Source of the DNA: Verrucomicrobiota bacterium
GTDB lineage: Bacteria > Verrucomicrobiota > Verrucomicrobiia > Limisphaerales > J093
Direction of reading: 5' to 3'
Length of the DNA stretch: 64,000 bases
Assembly: GCA_050012855.1 (NCBI GenBank)
Contig: JBEKGJ010000001.1
Span: 76,188-140,187, forward strand
Part shown: positions 20,282 through 29,990 of the stretch, piece by piece
Layout of the letters: the number at the start of each line of letters is the position of its first letter
Numbering within the stretch: the first letter of the stretch is position 1
Program-made: the position numbers and the translations under genes
The notes under the pieces: model-generated
Told to the model about the DNA's origin: nothing
The model's database searches: none
What the model saw: only the letters and a program-made list of their open reading frames with translations

Positions 20282-20590
20282 ATGAAAAGCCAGATTCCCA
20301 CCAGTTTAAAGGCCGCCTGGACCGCAAGAATCCTGCCGCTGCTGCTGTTGTTGGCAGTGCCCGCCGCGGTACAAGCCCAGTTTCTCTACACAACCAACAA
20401 CGGAACGGTCACGATCAGTCAGTACACCGGGTCTGGCGGGACGGTGATCATCCCGGACATGATCGAGGGCCTACCGGTCACCAGCATCGGGACCTTTGCG
20501 TTCGGGAACTGCGCAGGCCTGACCAGCGTCACAATTCCCAACAGCGTTGTCACTATCGCCGACAGCGCCGACTTGCGAGCGGGTCGGTGA
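20282..20590 (+). pseudogene. truncated N-terminal fragment of a BspA-type LRR gene (paralog of 14072..15976)
   Basis: MKSQIPTSLKAAWTARILPLLLLLAVPAAVQAQFLYTTNNGTVTISQYTGSGGTVIIPDMIEGLPVTSIG... parallels the full-length protein, then leaves the repeat frame and stops after ~100 aa. About 50 nt of 5' leader is also conserved between the two copies. Confidence 0.7.
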
Positions 20591-20609
20591 TTGATCGCCC
20601 CCAAAAGCT

Positions 20610-21734
20610 ATGGAACGTATCGCCCCCAGCAGTTCGCTCGGAAAACTCCTCGACTGGTGCCGGCAGCAGGCGGCGACCGATCTGCACGCCCAAGCGGACC
20701 GGCGTTACGCCTTCCGGATGGACGGCAAGCTCCAGCGCATCCCGCCCGAACAATTCGCGGTGCCCACGAACGACGACATAGTGAAAATGCTGCGAGAGGC
20801 GTTCTCCAGCTCCATTTGTGACCGCATCGAAAAGCAACACGAGATGGACCTGAGCTTCTTATGCGACCGGTTGCGCTATCGCGCCAATTTCAGCAAGCAA
20901 CAGGGCGCCCAGTCTTTCTCCTTCCGCGTGGTGCCGCAACGCATCCCCAAACTGGACGATCTCCAGTTGCCGGCGACGGTGGCGGACTTGGTCAACGAAC
21001 CGCGCGGGCTGTTGCTGGTCACCGGCGCGGCCGGCCAAGGCAAGAGCACGACGGCCTGCGCGCTGCTCCAACGGCTCAACGAGGCGCTGGCCCTGCGCAT
21101 CATCACCATCGAAGATCCCATCGAATACCTCTTCATCGAAGATCAATGCCAGTTCGAGCAACGGGAGGTGGGCGTGGACACGGCCAGCTTCGCCGAGGCC
21201 ATTCGCAATGCGGTGAGGCAGGACCCCGAAGTCATCTTCATCGGAGAGATCCGGGATCGGGATACCGTCCAGACGGCCATGCTGGCCGCCGAGACCGGGC
21301 ATCTGGTGCTGGCCACGCTCCACGCCGATTCCGTGCCGCAGACCCTCGATCGCATCCGCGAGCTTCATCCCGCTTCGGAGCAGGCCAACGCCAGCACGCT
21401 GCTGGCCCGGAGCGTGAACGCCATCATCTGCCAGCGGTTGGTCCCGAGCACACTTGACAAGCGAATTCCCTGTCTGGAGATTATGCGGCGCACCACCGCC
21501 ACCCAGGAGGCCATCGCCCGGAACGATCTGCATCTGCTGAGCGGCATCATCGAGGCCTCCGTGAATGAAGGAATGCAAAGCTTCGATCAGCACCTGATGC
21601 AACTCTTCAAGCAGGGATCCGTGACCTTGGAAACCGCCCGGTATTACGCGAGCAACTGGAACCGGCTGGAGATGGAAATGCACGGCTACACGTCTTCCGT
21701 GCCTGGCATCCTCAAGCCTGACCGCGAACGATAA
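20610..21734 (+). CDS. pilT: PilT/PilU-family type IV pilus retraction-type ATPase (orphan)
   Basis: Walker A TGAAGQGKST, Asp box IITIEDPIEY, Walker B VIFIGEIRD, His box TGHLVLATLHA. Confidence 0.85.
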   Translation: MERIAPSSSLGKLLDWCRQQAATDLHAQADRRYAFRMDGKLQRIPPEQFAVPTNDDIVKMLREAFSSSICDRIEKQHEMDLSFLCDRLRYRANFSKQQGAQSFSFRVVPQRIPKLDDLQLPATVADLVNEPRGLLLVTGAAGQGKSTTACALLQRLNEALALRIITIEDPIEYLFIEDQCQFEQREVGVDTASFAEAIRNAVRQDPEVIFIGEIRDRDTVQTAMLAAETGHLVLATLHADSVPQTLDRIRELHPASEQANASTLLARSVNAIICQRLVPSTLDKRIPCLEIMRRTTATQEAIARNDLHLLSGIIEASVNEGMQSFDQHLMQLFKQGSVTLETARYYASNWNRLEMEMHGYTSSVPGILKPDRER

Positions 21735-22111
21735 GGTTGCCAGCAACGCAGCCTTCCCCTAAACAAGGGCGCCGAAGGGGGCCGCTACTCGTCGCACGCC
21801 GGGCCGGCCGCGTCAAAGTAGATTCCTTGCCCCGGGCCACCGGCCCCGCCCGGAGGGACACCGTCACGCGCGGGGCAACGCTGCCACGGTTGTCGCGGTG
21901 CTGTTGGTTTTACCAGCCCTTGGACGGGGCAATCCCAAACCGCGGCGTCGCCAACCCCCCTTTATCGCCCGATTTTGTCACCCGGTCGCCCACGGTGGGA
22001 CTTTTCGGGACGTTTCCTGACGGCATTCACCGAGGCGAAACTTGAGGGGAGCCCTATACGGGACGGTTGCAGGCGACTGGCGACGGTCCAAGGCGAAAGC
22101 CTGTCCCAAGC

Positions 22112-22231
22112 TTACAAAACCGTTGCTCTACCACTGAGCTAAATTGGCTGCCATCCGACCCGGCGGACCCGCCCACTATGCGGCCGCCGTCACCGCAGCG
22201 CAATTTTTTTCCGGGTTCCGAAGAGTTCGGA
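22112..22231 (-). repeat. orphan 5' half of tRNA-Thr plus ~84 nt of its upstream flank (duplicate of 19827-19946)
   Basis: 120-nt ungapped manual alignment to 19827-19946 with 7 mismatches. It starts in the anticodon loop (TTACAAA). Confidence 0.85.
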
Positions 22232-22870
22232 CCAGACGTGGTCACGATCCCGGGGGGAAATCGTCGGAGAGCTACAGGCCGAGGGGCGTCCAGCGCTGAC
22301 CGACACGCTGGCGCAGTGGGTGGCGGGGCGTTATGCCTTGGCGACGCGGCAGGTGGTCCAGGCCCGGGAAACGGAAGGCTGGCAGGTGTTGCGCGAATTG
22401 TGCGCGGACATCGTCGAGTTGCGCCGGGGCGGTCACTACGCGGAGCGGTTGCGACTGGAGCGCGACTAGTTGGACTTCAAGCGGCAACGGGAGGGCCATA
22501 AGACGGTGGAGGTGCTGCCATCGGTGGAAATGGTCTGAGTGGAACCGAGCTTTTTGCCAAACGAACCCAAGTTGGGGCCGGCCGCGGAGCCACCCGAATG
22601 TTCGTTCCATCATCGGAGGCGGGAGTTTCGGCGGGCTGCCGAAATCGGGATGCGGGACGCGGGCGCTCCGCCCCCCATCCGACCACCCGCATTAAAAAGT
22701 AGTCATTGTTATTATTTCTATCAATGCTGCGAATGTTGAAACAAATTTGGCCCCCGCCGGGTATGAAGGTTGTCGCGGGGGCCAGGACGGTTCCGCCGCG
22801 ACCCCGGTGGCGGGAGCGCCCCGGGCGATCAGGCAAGGTCGCGGACGACCCGGGACCGGCCAGGACAACG

Positions 22871-23152
22871 ATGAAATTGATTATGAAGCACCGACTCCCG
22901 ATTTTTTCTGCGCGGCAGACCGAACGGTTTGACACCTTGATCCACCTGGCGCTGGGCTTCAGCACCGCGCTGGCGGTGGTCCTGCTGGCCCGGGAAACCA
23001 TCCGGCTCGAAAACCAGGCGCCGCGCATTGCGGCCGTGCTCGACGGTACCCGGCAGGATTCGCCGACCGCCACGCCGGGGTTGGTCGTGAACACCAATCG
23101 GCCGGCCGGCGGGGCGGCACAACCCGCCGCCACCGTGCCGACATCGTCGTGA
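22871..23152 (+). CDS. hypothetical small membrane-anchored protein
   Basis: ATG at 22871 inside ORF 22706..23152. MKLIMKHRLPIFSARQTERFDTLIHLALGFSTALAVVLLA... has one TM helix. Lies upstream of the TolC gene. Confidence 0.35.
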   Translation: MKLIMKHRLPIFSARQTERFDTLIHLALGFSTALAVVLLARETIRLENQAPRIAAVLDGTRQDSPTATPGLVVNTNRPAGGAAQPAATVPTSS

Positions 23153-23446
23153 GGTCGGCGTGCTGCCGTCACGCAGGCGCCGGACGACCGGTCCGCCGAC
23201 CGCAAGACCCTCCGCAACAGAATTTCAAAATCGTCGAAACCCGGCGGTGGGTTCGTGTGTCATGTTGGGAAAACTCGTTGCGGCCCGCCACCGCGGTTGA
23301 ATGAGGTGGCTCAGGTGGACGTCCACAGCTTGAACGCACCGGCTGGCGCAACCGCCATCCGAGTAGCTGCGGGCGCGGACACCGACCGATGTCGTAAGCA
23401 ACGATGATTTGACGAACTCGAACAATTGACGCAGTCTCACCCGCTC

Positions 23447-24973
23447 ATGCAAGTGACCCGACTTTTCTGCACCCTGTTGGCGGCCGGCCTGGCCCCGGCG
23501 CTGCTGGCGGCCCCGGCCGCCAAACCACAGGAACTCTCGCTGGACGAATGCATTCAGATCGCGCTGCAACACAATCTGGATGTCCAGATCCAGCGGATCA
23601 ACCCGGAGATTGGACGTTTCACCCTGAGCGGGGCTTATGGGGCTTACGATCCGTCCTTCACCGCCGGTTACACGCACGGTTACAACCTCTCAACCCCCTC
23701 CTTCAGTTCCGTCATCAACGCCAATGTGCCCGGTTCGCAGACCGACGGCGACAACTACAGTCTGGGCCTGGGCGGCCTGCTCCCGACCGGGACAACCTAC
23801 AGCTTCAGCGGCACGGCGACCGACGCCAACGGCAACAGTTACTATACCACCGCGACGAATATTTTCGGGGTGCCGATCGCCTACGCCTCCAGCAGCGCGA
23901 GCGTCAACCTGAAACAGCCGCTGCTGAAAAATTTCTGGACGGACGGCTCGCGGCTCAACATCCAGCTCAGCAAACGCAACCTCAAGATCAACGAACTGGC
24001 GTTGCGGCTGCAGATCATGACCACGGTGACTTCCGTCGAGCAGGCCTATTACGAGCTCATCGCGGCGCAGGAAACGGTCATCGCGCAGCAGATCGGCCTG
24101 GACCTGGCCGAGCAGCTCTTGCGCGAGAACAAACGCCGGGTCGAAGTCGGCACGCTGGCGCCGCTGGACGAGAAGCAGGCCGAATCCCAGGCCGCCACCA
24201 GCCGCGCCGCGTTGATCGCCGCCAGGAATGCGGTCGTGCTCCGGCAGAATGCCCTCAAAAACCTCCTCTCGGACCGGTACGGCGACTGGAAGGATGTTGA
24301 CCTGGAACCCGGCGACAAACTCAGCGAGGTGCCGCCGGTGCTCGACCGGCAGGACAGTTGGTCCAAGGGGCTGACCCTGCGGCCGGACCTGCTGCAGGCC
24401 AAACTGAGTGTGGAAAAGAATAACATCACGCTGCGGTACAACAAAAACCAGTTGTATCCGGAACTCGATGTGGTGGGCAGCTACGGACGCAACGGCACCG
24501 GCGGTCTTAACGGCAGCCTGTGGGGTTCGCTGGGGGGCATACGCGATGCCGCGGGCGAACAGTATTCCTACGGCTTCGCCCTGACCATCCCGCTGAGCAA
24601 CCGGACGGCGAAGAACAACTACCGGACCGCCAAGGCCCAGGTCGAGCAGAGCTTGCTCCAACTCAAGCAACTCGAACAGACCATCATGGTGAACATCGAG
24701 AACGACATCGCCCAGGCCCGCAGCAGTTACGAACAGGTCCAGGCCACCAAGGAGGCCGTGGAATTCGCCATTGCCGCCCTCGACGCCGAGAAGAAGAAGC
24801 TCGACAACGGCAAGAGCACGAGCTTCCAGGTGTTGTCCCTGCAGAGCACGTTGACCACCTCCCGCTACAACGCCATCCGCGCTCTGGCGGACTATAACGA
24901 GGCGCTGTCCCAACTCGCGCTGGCCGAAGGCACGACCCTCGAGCGCAGTCACATCAGCCTCGAGGTCAAGTAG
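23447..24973 (+). CDS. TolC-family outer-membrane efflux protein
   Basis: ATG at 23447 (the ORF track start at 23426 is TTG). Signal peptide, then the typical LSLDECIQIALQHNLDVQIQR start and two long coiled repeats. Confidence 0.85.
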   Translation: MQVTRLFCTLLAAGLAPALLAAPAAKPQELSLDECIQIALQHNLDVQIQRINPEIGRFTLSGAYGAYDPSFTAGYTHGYNLSTPSFSSVINANVPGSQTDGDNYSLGLGGLLPTGTTYSFSGTATDANGNSYYTTATNIFGVPIAYASSSASVNLKQPLLKNFWTDGSRLNIQLSKRNLKINELALRLQIMTTVTSVEQAYYELIAAQETVIAQQIGLDLAEQLLRENKRRVEVGTLAPLDEKQAESQAATSRAALIAARNAVVLRQNALKNLLSDRYGDWKDVDLEPGDKLSEVPPVLDRQDSWSKGLTLRPDLLQAKLSVEKNNITLRYNKNQLYPELDVVGSYGRNGTGGLNGSLWGSLGGIRDAAGEQYSYGFALTIPLSNRTAKNNYRTAKAQVEQSLLQLKQLEQTIMVNIENDIAQARSSYEQVQATKEAVEFAIAALDAEKKKLDNGKSTSFQVLSLQSTLTTSRYNAIRALADYNEALSQLALAEGTTLERSHISLEVK

Positions 24974-25445
24974 CGTTCCCGCCGCCGGCCAGCACCGGCC
25001 GTGGGTCCTGCACGAAATCGCCGAACATTCCTGCGAGCAGGCGGGTCGCGATGGGAAGATACTTCCCGCTGGCCGTCGCATGCACCACCTCCGCCCCGCT
25101 GCGCAGTTCGCCCCGCGCCGCGAACAGCCGGCCCCGCCGGTTCGCGATCAGTTCGCCCGTGGCCACGACTTCGCCCCCTGGGCGGACCGGCTGAAGAAAC
25201 CGCACGTTCAACTCCGCGCAATAAGCGAATCGCCCGGTCCGCACGCCGCACACCCAGACCATCACTTCGTCCAGCACGGTGGAAATCAGCCCCCCGTGAA
25301 CCGTCGCGGCGAACCCGACGTGCTGGGGCCGGAAGGCGAACCGCGCCGTGACCAGCCGCCCGTCGTCGTGGAAGCGCAACGCGAGCCCGCTAGGATTGCT
25401 TACGCCGCAAACGAAGCACGATTTGGATTGAGGCAGCTCGCGCAT
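24966..25445 (-). CDS. PaaI/4HBT-family hotdog thioesterase
   Basis: CFVCGVSNPSGLALRF...ATVHGGLISTVLDEVM. The ATG at 25445 gives ~159 aa; a longer alternative start lies at 25538. Confidence 0.8.
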   Translation of the reverse strand: MRELPQSKSCFVCGVSNPSGLALRFHDDGRLVTARFAFRPQHVGFAATVHGGLISTVLDEVMVWVCGVRTGRFAYCAELNVRFLQPVRPGGEVVATGELIANRRGRLFAARGELRSGAEVVHATASGKYLPIATRLLAGMFGDFVQDPRPVLAGGGNAT

Positions 25446-25536
25446 GGCGGCAGCATAACCCTGCACGGCATGAATGGGGAACCGATTTTGCCAGGAAGAC
25501 TGATGGAAACTCCCCGGGCCGCCGTCTAACGATTCC

Positions 25537-28101
25537 ATGTCCGCATCGCCCGCGAGCGTTTCGCGCATCCAGATTGACGGCAAGTTTTTCCGGCTGGGGA
25601 CGGTGAAATTCTTCCCCAAGGGGGTCACCTACGGCCCCTTCCCGCCGAACTCGCTGGGCGAACCCTTTCCCGCGCCCCCACAGGCGAACCGCGATTTCGA
25701 CCAGATCCGCGAACTGGGCGCGAACGTGATTCGCGTTTATGACGTGCCGCCGCGCTGGTTGCTGGACCTGGCGGCCCGGCATGGCCTCCACCTGATGGTG
25801 GATGTGCCCTGGAACCAGCAGGCCTGCTTCCTGGAATCCCCGCCGCTTCGCGAGGCGGCCCGGCAGGCCGTCCGCTCGGCCGTCCGGCAGTGCCGCGGTC
25901 ACGCCGCGGTGTTCGCGTTCTGCGTCGCCAACGAAATCCCGGCGAACATCGTGCGCTGGAGCGGCGCCACGGCGGTCGCGGACTTCCTCGACGACCTGGT
26001 GGTGGTGGCGAAAGCGGCGGATCCCGAGTGCCTGTGCACCTACGGCAATTTTCCGCCCACGGAGTACCTCCAGCCGCACGCCGTGGACTTCGTTTGCTTC
26101 AACGTCTATCTCCACCAGGCAACAGCATTCAAGAACCACCTCGCCCGCCTGCAAATGCTGGCGGACACGAAACCGCTCCTGCTGGGCGAGTTTGGCATGG
26201 ACTCCCGGCGCGAAGGCGAAGCGAGCCAGGCCGGGCTCCTGAGCTGGAACATCGAACTCGCCTTCCGCGGCGGGCTGGCCGGGACAATCGTGTACAGTTT
26301 CACCGATGAGTGGTTCAAGGACGGCCGGTTGGTGGAGGATTGGTGCTTCGGATTGACCACGCGCGAACGCGTGCCCAAAACGGCGTTCGCGGCCGTCCAG
26401 CAGGCTTACGCCACCGCCCCTTATTTTCCGCTGCCGCGCGCGCCCATGGTTTCCGTGGTCGTCGCCTGCTACAACGCCGAACGCACCCTGCGACCCTGCC
26501 TGGAGGCGTTGGGCCGGCTGCATTACCCACACTACGAGGTCATTTTCGTGGACGATGGTTCGACGGACCTTTCGCCGAACATCGCGGCGGAATTCCCTTC
26601 CATCCGGAGCGTGCGCCATCCTCGCAACCTGGGTCTCTCGGCGGCGCGCAACACCGGCATCGCCACCGCGCGCGGAGAAATCGTCGCCTTCACCGACGCC
26701 GATTGCCGGCCCGACGAAGACTGGCTTCTCCATCTGGTCGCCACGCTGCTGGATTCACGGTTCGCCGGCGTGGGCGGGCACAACCTGCTGCCCCCGGATG
26801 ATTCCACCGTGGCGGCGGTCGTGCTCGTGTCCCCGGGCGGCCCGGCGCATGTCATGCTCGACGACCGCGTGGCGGAACACATTCCCGGTTGCAACATGGC
26901 CTTCTGGAAATGGGCGCTGGCGGAGATCGGCGGCTTCGATCCGTCGTTCCGCCTGGCCGGCGATGATGTGGATGTCTGCTGGCGGTTGCAGCAGCACGGC
27001 CACCACCTCGGGTTCAGTCCGGCGGGTTTCGTCTGGCATTACCGACGTTCCACGTTGCGGGACTATCTGCGGCAACAGCACGGCTACGGTGAAGCCGAGG
27101 CCCAGCTCGAGCGCAAACACCCGGAGTACTTCAATCCGTTGGGCAGCAGTATATGGCGGGGTCGTATCTACGCTCCGCACGCGGGCCTCGTCACCCGGCG
27201 GCCGATGATCTACCACGGTTTCTTCGGCACCAGCGGCTTCCAGTCCCTTTACACGGCCTCGCCGTCGTTCGCCCTGATGCTGCTGACCAGCCTTGAATAC
27301 TACGTGCTCGTCGTGCTGCCGCTGCTGGTCCTGGCGACCGTGGTCCCGGAACTCTTGCCGGTGGGTCTGTCGGCATTGGGGGTTTCGCTGGGCATCTGTG
27401 TGCTGGCCGCCGGGCAGGCTCCCCTGCCCCGGGCGAAACAGCGCTGGTGGTCGCGCCCGCTGGTGGCCCTGCTCTTCGCGCTGCAGCCGATCGTTCGCGG
27501 CTGGGCGAGGTATCAGGGACGGCTGCGGTGGCGGCAACCGCCCCTCGCGGTGCATGAGACGCTGGACTCGATCAGCCGGGCGCAACGAGGCGAGCTCCGC
27601 GGTGAAATTCGGTATTGGGCGCCGGCCGACGTTCATCGGCGCCATTTCCTGACCCGCCTGCTGGCCCGCTTGGACGAAGAAAGCTGGCCCCACCGCGCCG
27701 ATACGGGGTGGAACGCGTTTGACCTGGAAATCTACGGCAGCCGCTGGTGCAAACTCCAGGTGGTCACCGTGAGTGAATACACTGCCACCGGCGACCATGT
27801 GCTCCGCTGCCGGTTGCATCCCGCCTGGCCATTGCCCGCCCGACTGTCCATCGCGGCCCTCTCGGCCGCATCCCTCCTGCTGATCGGTCTGCTCGGTCGC
27901 GGCTGTTCCTGGCGGTGGTTGGTGCTGCTGTCGCTGCCACTGCTGGTGTGGTGGCTCCATCGCCAGCAACAACATCTCCAGCGCATCGTCGGGACCTTGC
28001 TCGACCAGCTTGCCGAAGCCTGCGGCTTGCGAATCCTGCCGGGACGCGACGACGGGCCGTCCGCCCCAGCGGACACGCGCGCAGACAGCCAGGCGGGCTA
28101 G
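25537..28101 (+). CDS. three-part fusion: N-terminal glycoside-hydrolase-like TIM barrel, central family-2 glycosyltransferase, C-terminal polytopic membrane domain
   Basis: N-terminus: GANVIRVYD..., FCVANEIP (NE acid/base-like). GT2: VSVVVACYNAERTL...VIFVDDGSTD...NLGLSAARNTG...FTDADCRPDEDWL, then LAGDDVDVCWRL and RQQHGYGE. Several hydrophobic helices after residue ~560. Confidence 0.8.
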   Translation: MSASPASVSRIQIDGKFFRLGTVKFFPKGVTYGPFPPNSLGEPFPAPPQANRDFDQIRELGANVIRVYDVPPRWLLDLAARHGLHLMVDVPWNQQACFLESPPLREAARQAVRSAVRQCRGHAAVFAFCVANEIPANIVRWSGATAVADFLDDLVVVAKAADPECLCTYGNFPPTEYLQPHAVDFVCFNVYLHQATAFKNHLARLQMLADTKPLLLGEFGMDSRREGEASQAGLLSWNIELAFRGGLAGTIVYSFTDEWFKDGRLVEDWCFGLTTRERVPKTAFAAVQQAYATAPYFPLPRAPMVSVVVACYNAERTLRPCLEALGRLHYPHYEVIFVDDGSTDLSPNIAAEFPSIRSVRHPRNLGLSAARNTGIATARGEIVAFTDADCRPDEDWLLHLVATLLDSRFAGVGGHNLLPPDDSTVAAVVLVSPGGPAHVMLDDRVAEHIPGCNMAFWKWALAEIGGFDPSFRLAGDDVDVCWRLQQHGHHLGFSPAGFVWHYRRSTLRDYLRQQHGYGEAEAQLERKHPEYFNPLGSSIWRGRIYAPHAGLVTRRPMIYHGFFGTSGFQSLYTASPSFALMLLTSLEYYVLVVLPLLVLATVVPELLPVGLSALGVSLGICVLAAGQAPLPRAKQRWWSRPLVALLFALQPIVRGWARYQGRLRWRQPPLAVHETLDSISRAQRGELRGEIRYWAPADVHRRHFLTRLLARLDEESWPHRADTGWNAFDLEIYGSRWCKLQVVTVSEYTATGDHVLRCRLHPAWPLPARLSIAALSAASLLLIGLLGRGCSWRWLVLLSLPLLVWWLHRQQQHLQRIVGTLLDQLAEACGLRILPGRDDGPSAPADTRADSQAG

Positions 28102-28495
28102 GATCGCAAGGGCAACCGGCTGGGACGACTATCCTTCCGGGTCCACCGCGCAGGGCAGCTATGATGGCCACACCGGCTTCGGCGGCAGATTGGCTGCCGC
28201 ACCGCCCTCCACGCAATTTCCCATAGGCTCGGCGTCGGCACTGCTTGGAATTGGTCGAATTCCATCCAGAACGAGGTGTGGACCGGGGCCGACGCCGGAT
28301 GACAACTACGGGAGTTTGATGGTCCCACGACGGATGTTTGTTCGGACGGCACGCATTTCCGGCCCTATGGCTTGAACTATGAAGGTGAAGGCAGCATGGA
28401 AAACCACCGTGCCACATGCTCATGGTTGTCGCCTTCCGCCGTGATCTCGGCATCCAATGAAGAGCGCGGCTGCCAGCCAGGATTCCGTGGTGCCC

Positions 28496-29962
28496 TCAGT
28501 TTCGGGTTCGTTTGATCTTCAATGCGATGTCAATCCGGTAGGCCGGAGTGGTCAAGGTGCGGCGGCCGCCCTTATGGATCAGGTCCAGCCTGCCTAGAAT
28601 CGAGCCGGTTTCGGGAGCGACCCAGTCGGCCCGGTAGTGGCCGGCAGGAAGATTGAGCACCAGCTCCTCGTGATAATCGCCCGGCACCACGGTGTAGGAA
28701 CCGCCGACCTTTTCGCTGCTGTGGTGGAGGTAGAGCGCATACTGTTTCCCCGGCTCGCTGAGGGCGCGATGGTACTGCGGTGCGCTGACCCCGCTCACCA
28801 GGAAACCCTTGTCCGGGGCCATCCGGACGAAGTTGAAGCCGTCCATGAAGTGCTTCAGGTTCCCCAGCGCGCGCAGCACACGTTCGTTTTGCGGCGTTTT
28901 GCCTGCCGGGTTGGCGACGGTGAACAGCCCGTTCAGGTGGTTGAACCCGGCGCCGCCACCGACGATGAATTCCCAGGCCTCGACCCGCGAATCGGCGACT
29001 TTGTCGCCCGCATACCAGAGGGGAAAATAGCCGGTCTCGTTCAGTTCGACGGGCTTGTTGTCCTTGTACTTGAAGTCGAGCCCCTTCATCCCACCCATTT
29101 CCCCTTGGTCGTCTCCCCAAATATACTGTCCCACAATGACCGTGAAACGCGGGTCCTCAGAAAAATCGACCGGGCCGCCCAGGGGGCCGTCAACCTCCTG
29201 CGCGAGGAGGTGCTTCTTGGGAAGGCCCCGTTCGGTGCTCAAGACGACGTCAGCGAGGTGCGCAACCCAGGGGCCCGACAGGTCGAACCCGGTGCCGATG
29301 TGGCCCGGCTCATCGCAAATTTCAAGGATGACGTTGTCGAAGGAATTGGCCTCCTGCGTGAGCTTGCGGACATAGTCATCGTGGCGTGCGACGAGGCCGG
29401 CGTCCTTCAATGTCTGGGCGGCGCGCCAGTCGCAGCGGCCCGCCCCCTGAATGTTGTTATCGGCCGACAAAGGCGAGAGCGGCCAGGTATCCTCATATTG
29501 GGAGTTGAAGAAGCAGATTTCGACGATGATGCCACGGCGCCTCGCCTGGGCCAGGAAATCCTTGAACCGGGTGAAGTAGGCCGGGTCCCAGCGGTTAAGG
29601 TCGAACCGGTTGCCGCCGAGGAGATAACCGGGCGTGTCACTCCTGGCCCAGGGCACCACCAGGCTACCCGGCTTGGGGCCAAGCGTGTTGCCCGCCATGA
29701 ACTTGCCCGCCGGCTCGAACATCGCGCCGGGATAGATGCGCGTGTAGTTCAGCCCGTGCGCCTGGAGGGCGTCAAAATAAGCCGCATAATCGAAATCCTT
29801 GTTGATCACCGCGCCATAATGCTCGGCGGACGTAATCAGGATGATCGGCTTGCCCCGGTAAAAGTAATAGTGGGGGTTGGCGGGGGCCACCTTGATGGGC
29901 TCCGCGACGACGGCCGTCGCGAGCAATGCGGAACATAACGGGAAGAACAGTTTGTTTGTCAT
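28496..29962 (-). CDS. secreted putative glycoside hydrolase, GH5-like (beta/alpha)8 barrel
   Basis: Signal MTNKLFFPLCSALLATAVVA. ...GLNYTRIYPG..., NVILEICDEPG (NEP-like acid/base). Family assignment is tentative. Confidence 0.6.
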   Translation of the reverse strand: MTNKLFFPLCSALLATAVVAEPIKVAPANPHYYFYRGKPIILITSAEHYGAVINKDFDYAAYFDALQAHGLNYTRIYPGAMFEPAGKFMAGNTLGPKPGSLVVPWARSDTPGYLLGGNRFDLNRWDPAYFTRFKDFLAQARRRGIIVEICFFNSQYEDTWPLSPLSADNNIQGAGRCDWRAAQTLKDAGLVARHDDYVRKLTQEANSFDNVILEICDEPGHIGTGFDLSGPWVAHLADVVLSTERGLPKKHLLAQEVDGPLGGPVDFSEDPRFTVIVGQYIWGDDQGEMGGMKGLDFKYKDNKPVELNETGYFPLWYAGDKVADSRVEAWEFIVGGGAGFNHLNGLFTVANPAGKTPQNERVLRALGNLKHFMDGFNFVRMAPDKGFLVSGVSAPQYHRALSEPGKQYALYLHHSSEKVGGSYTVVPGDYHEELVLNLPAGHYRADWVAPETGSILGRLDLIHKGGRRTLTTPAYRIDIALKIKRTRN

Positions 29963-29990
29963 AATTCGAGCCTTTCGGGATTGTTTCAGC

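Noticed and set aside
22477-23217. 246-aa minus-strand ORF spanning the TolC upstream region.
   Set aside because: Low-complexity Arg/Ala/Pro composition, and it crosses an AT-rich promoter-like stretch. The plus-strand 93-aa TM ORF (22871..23152) is the more plausible, though still weak, call.
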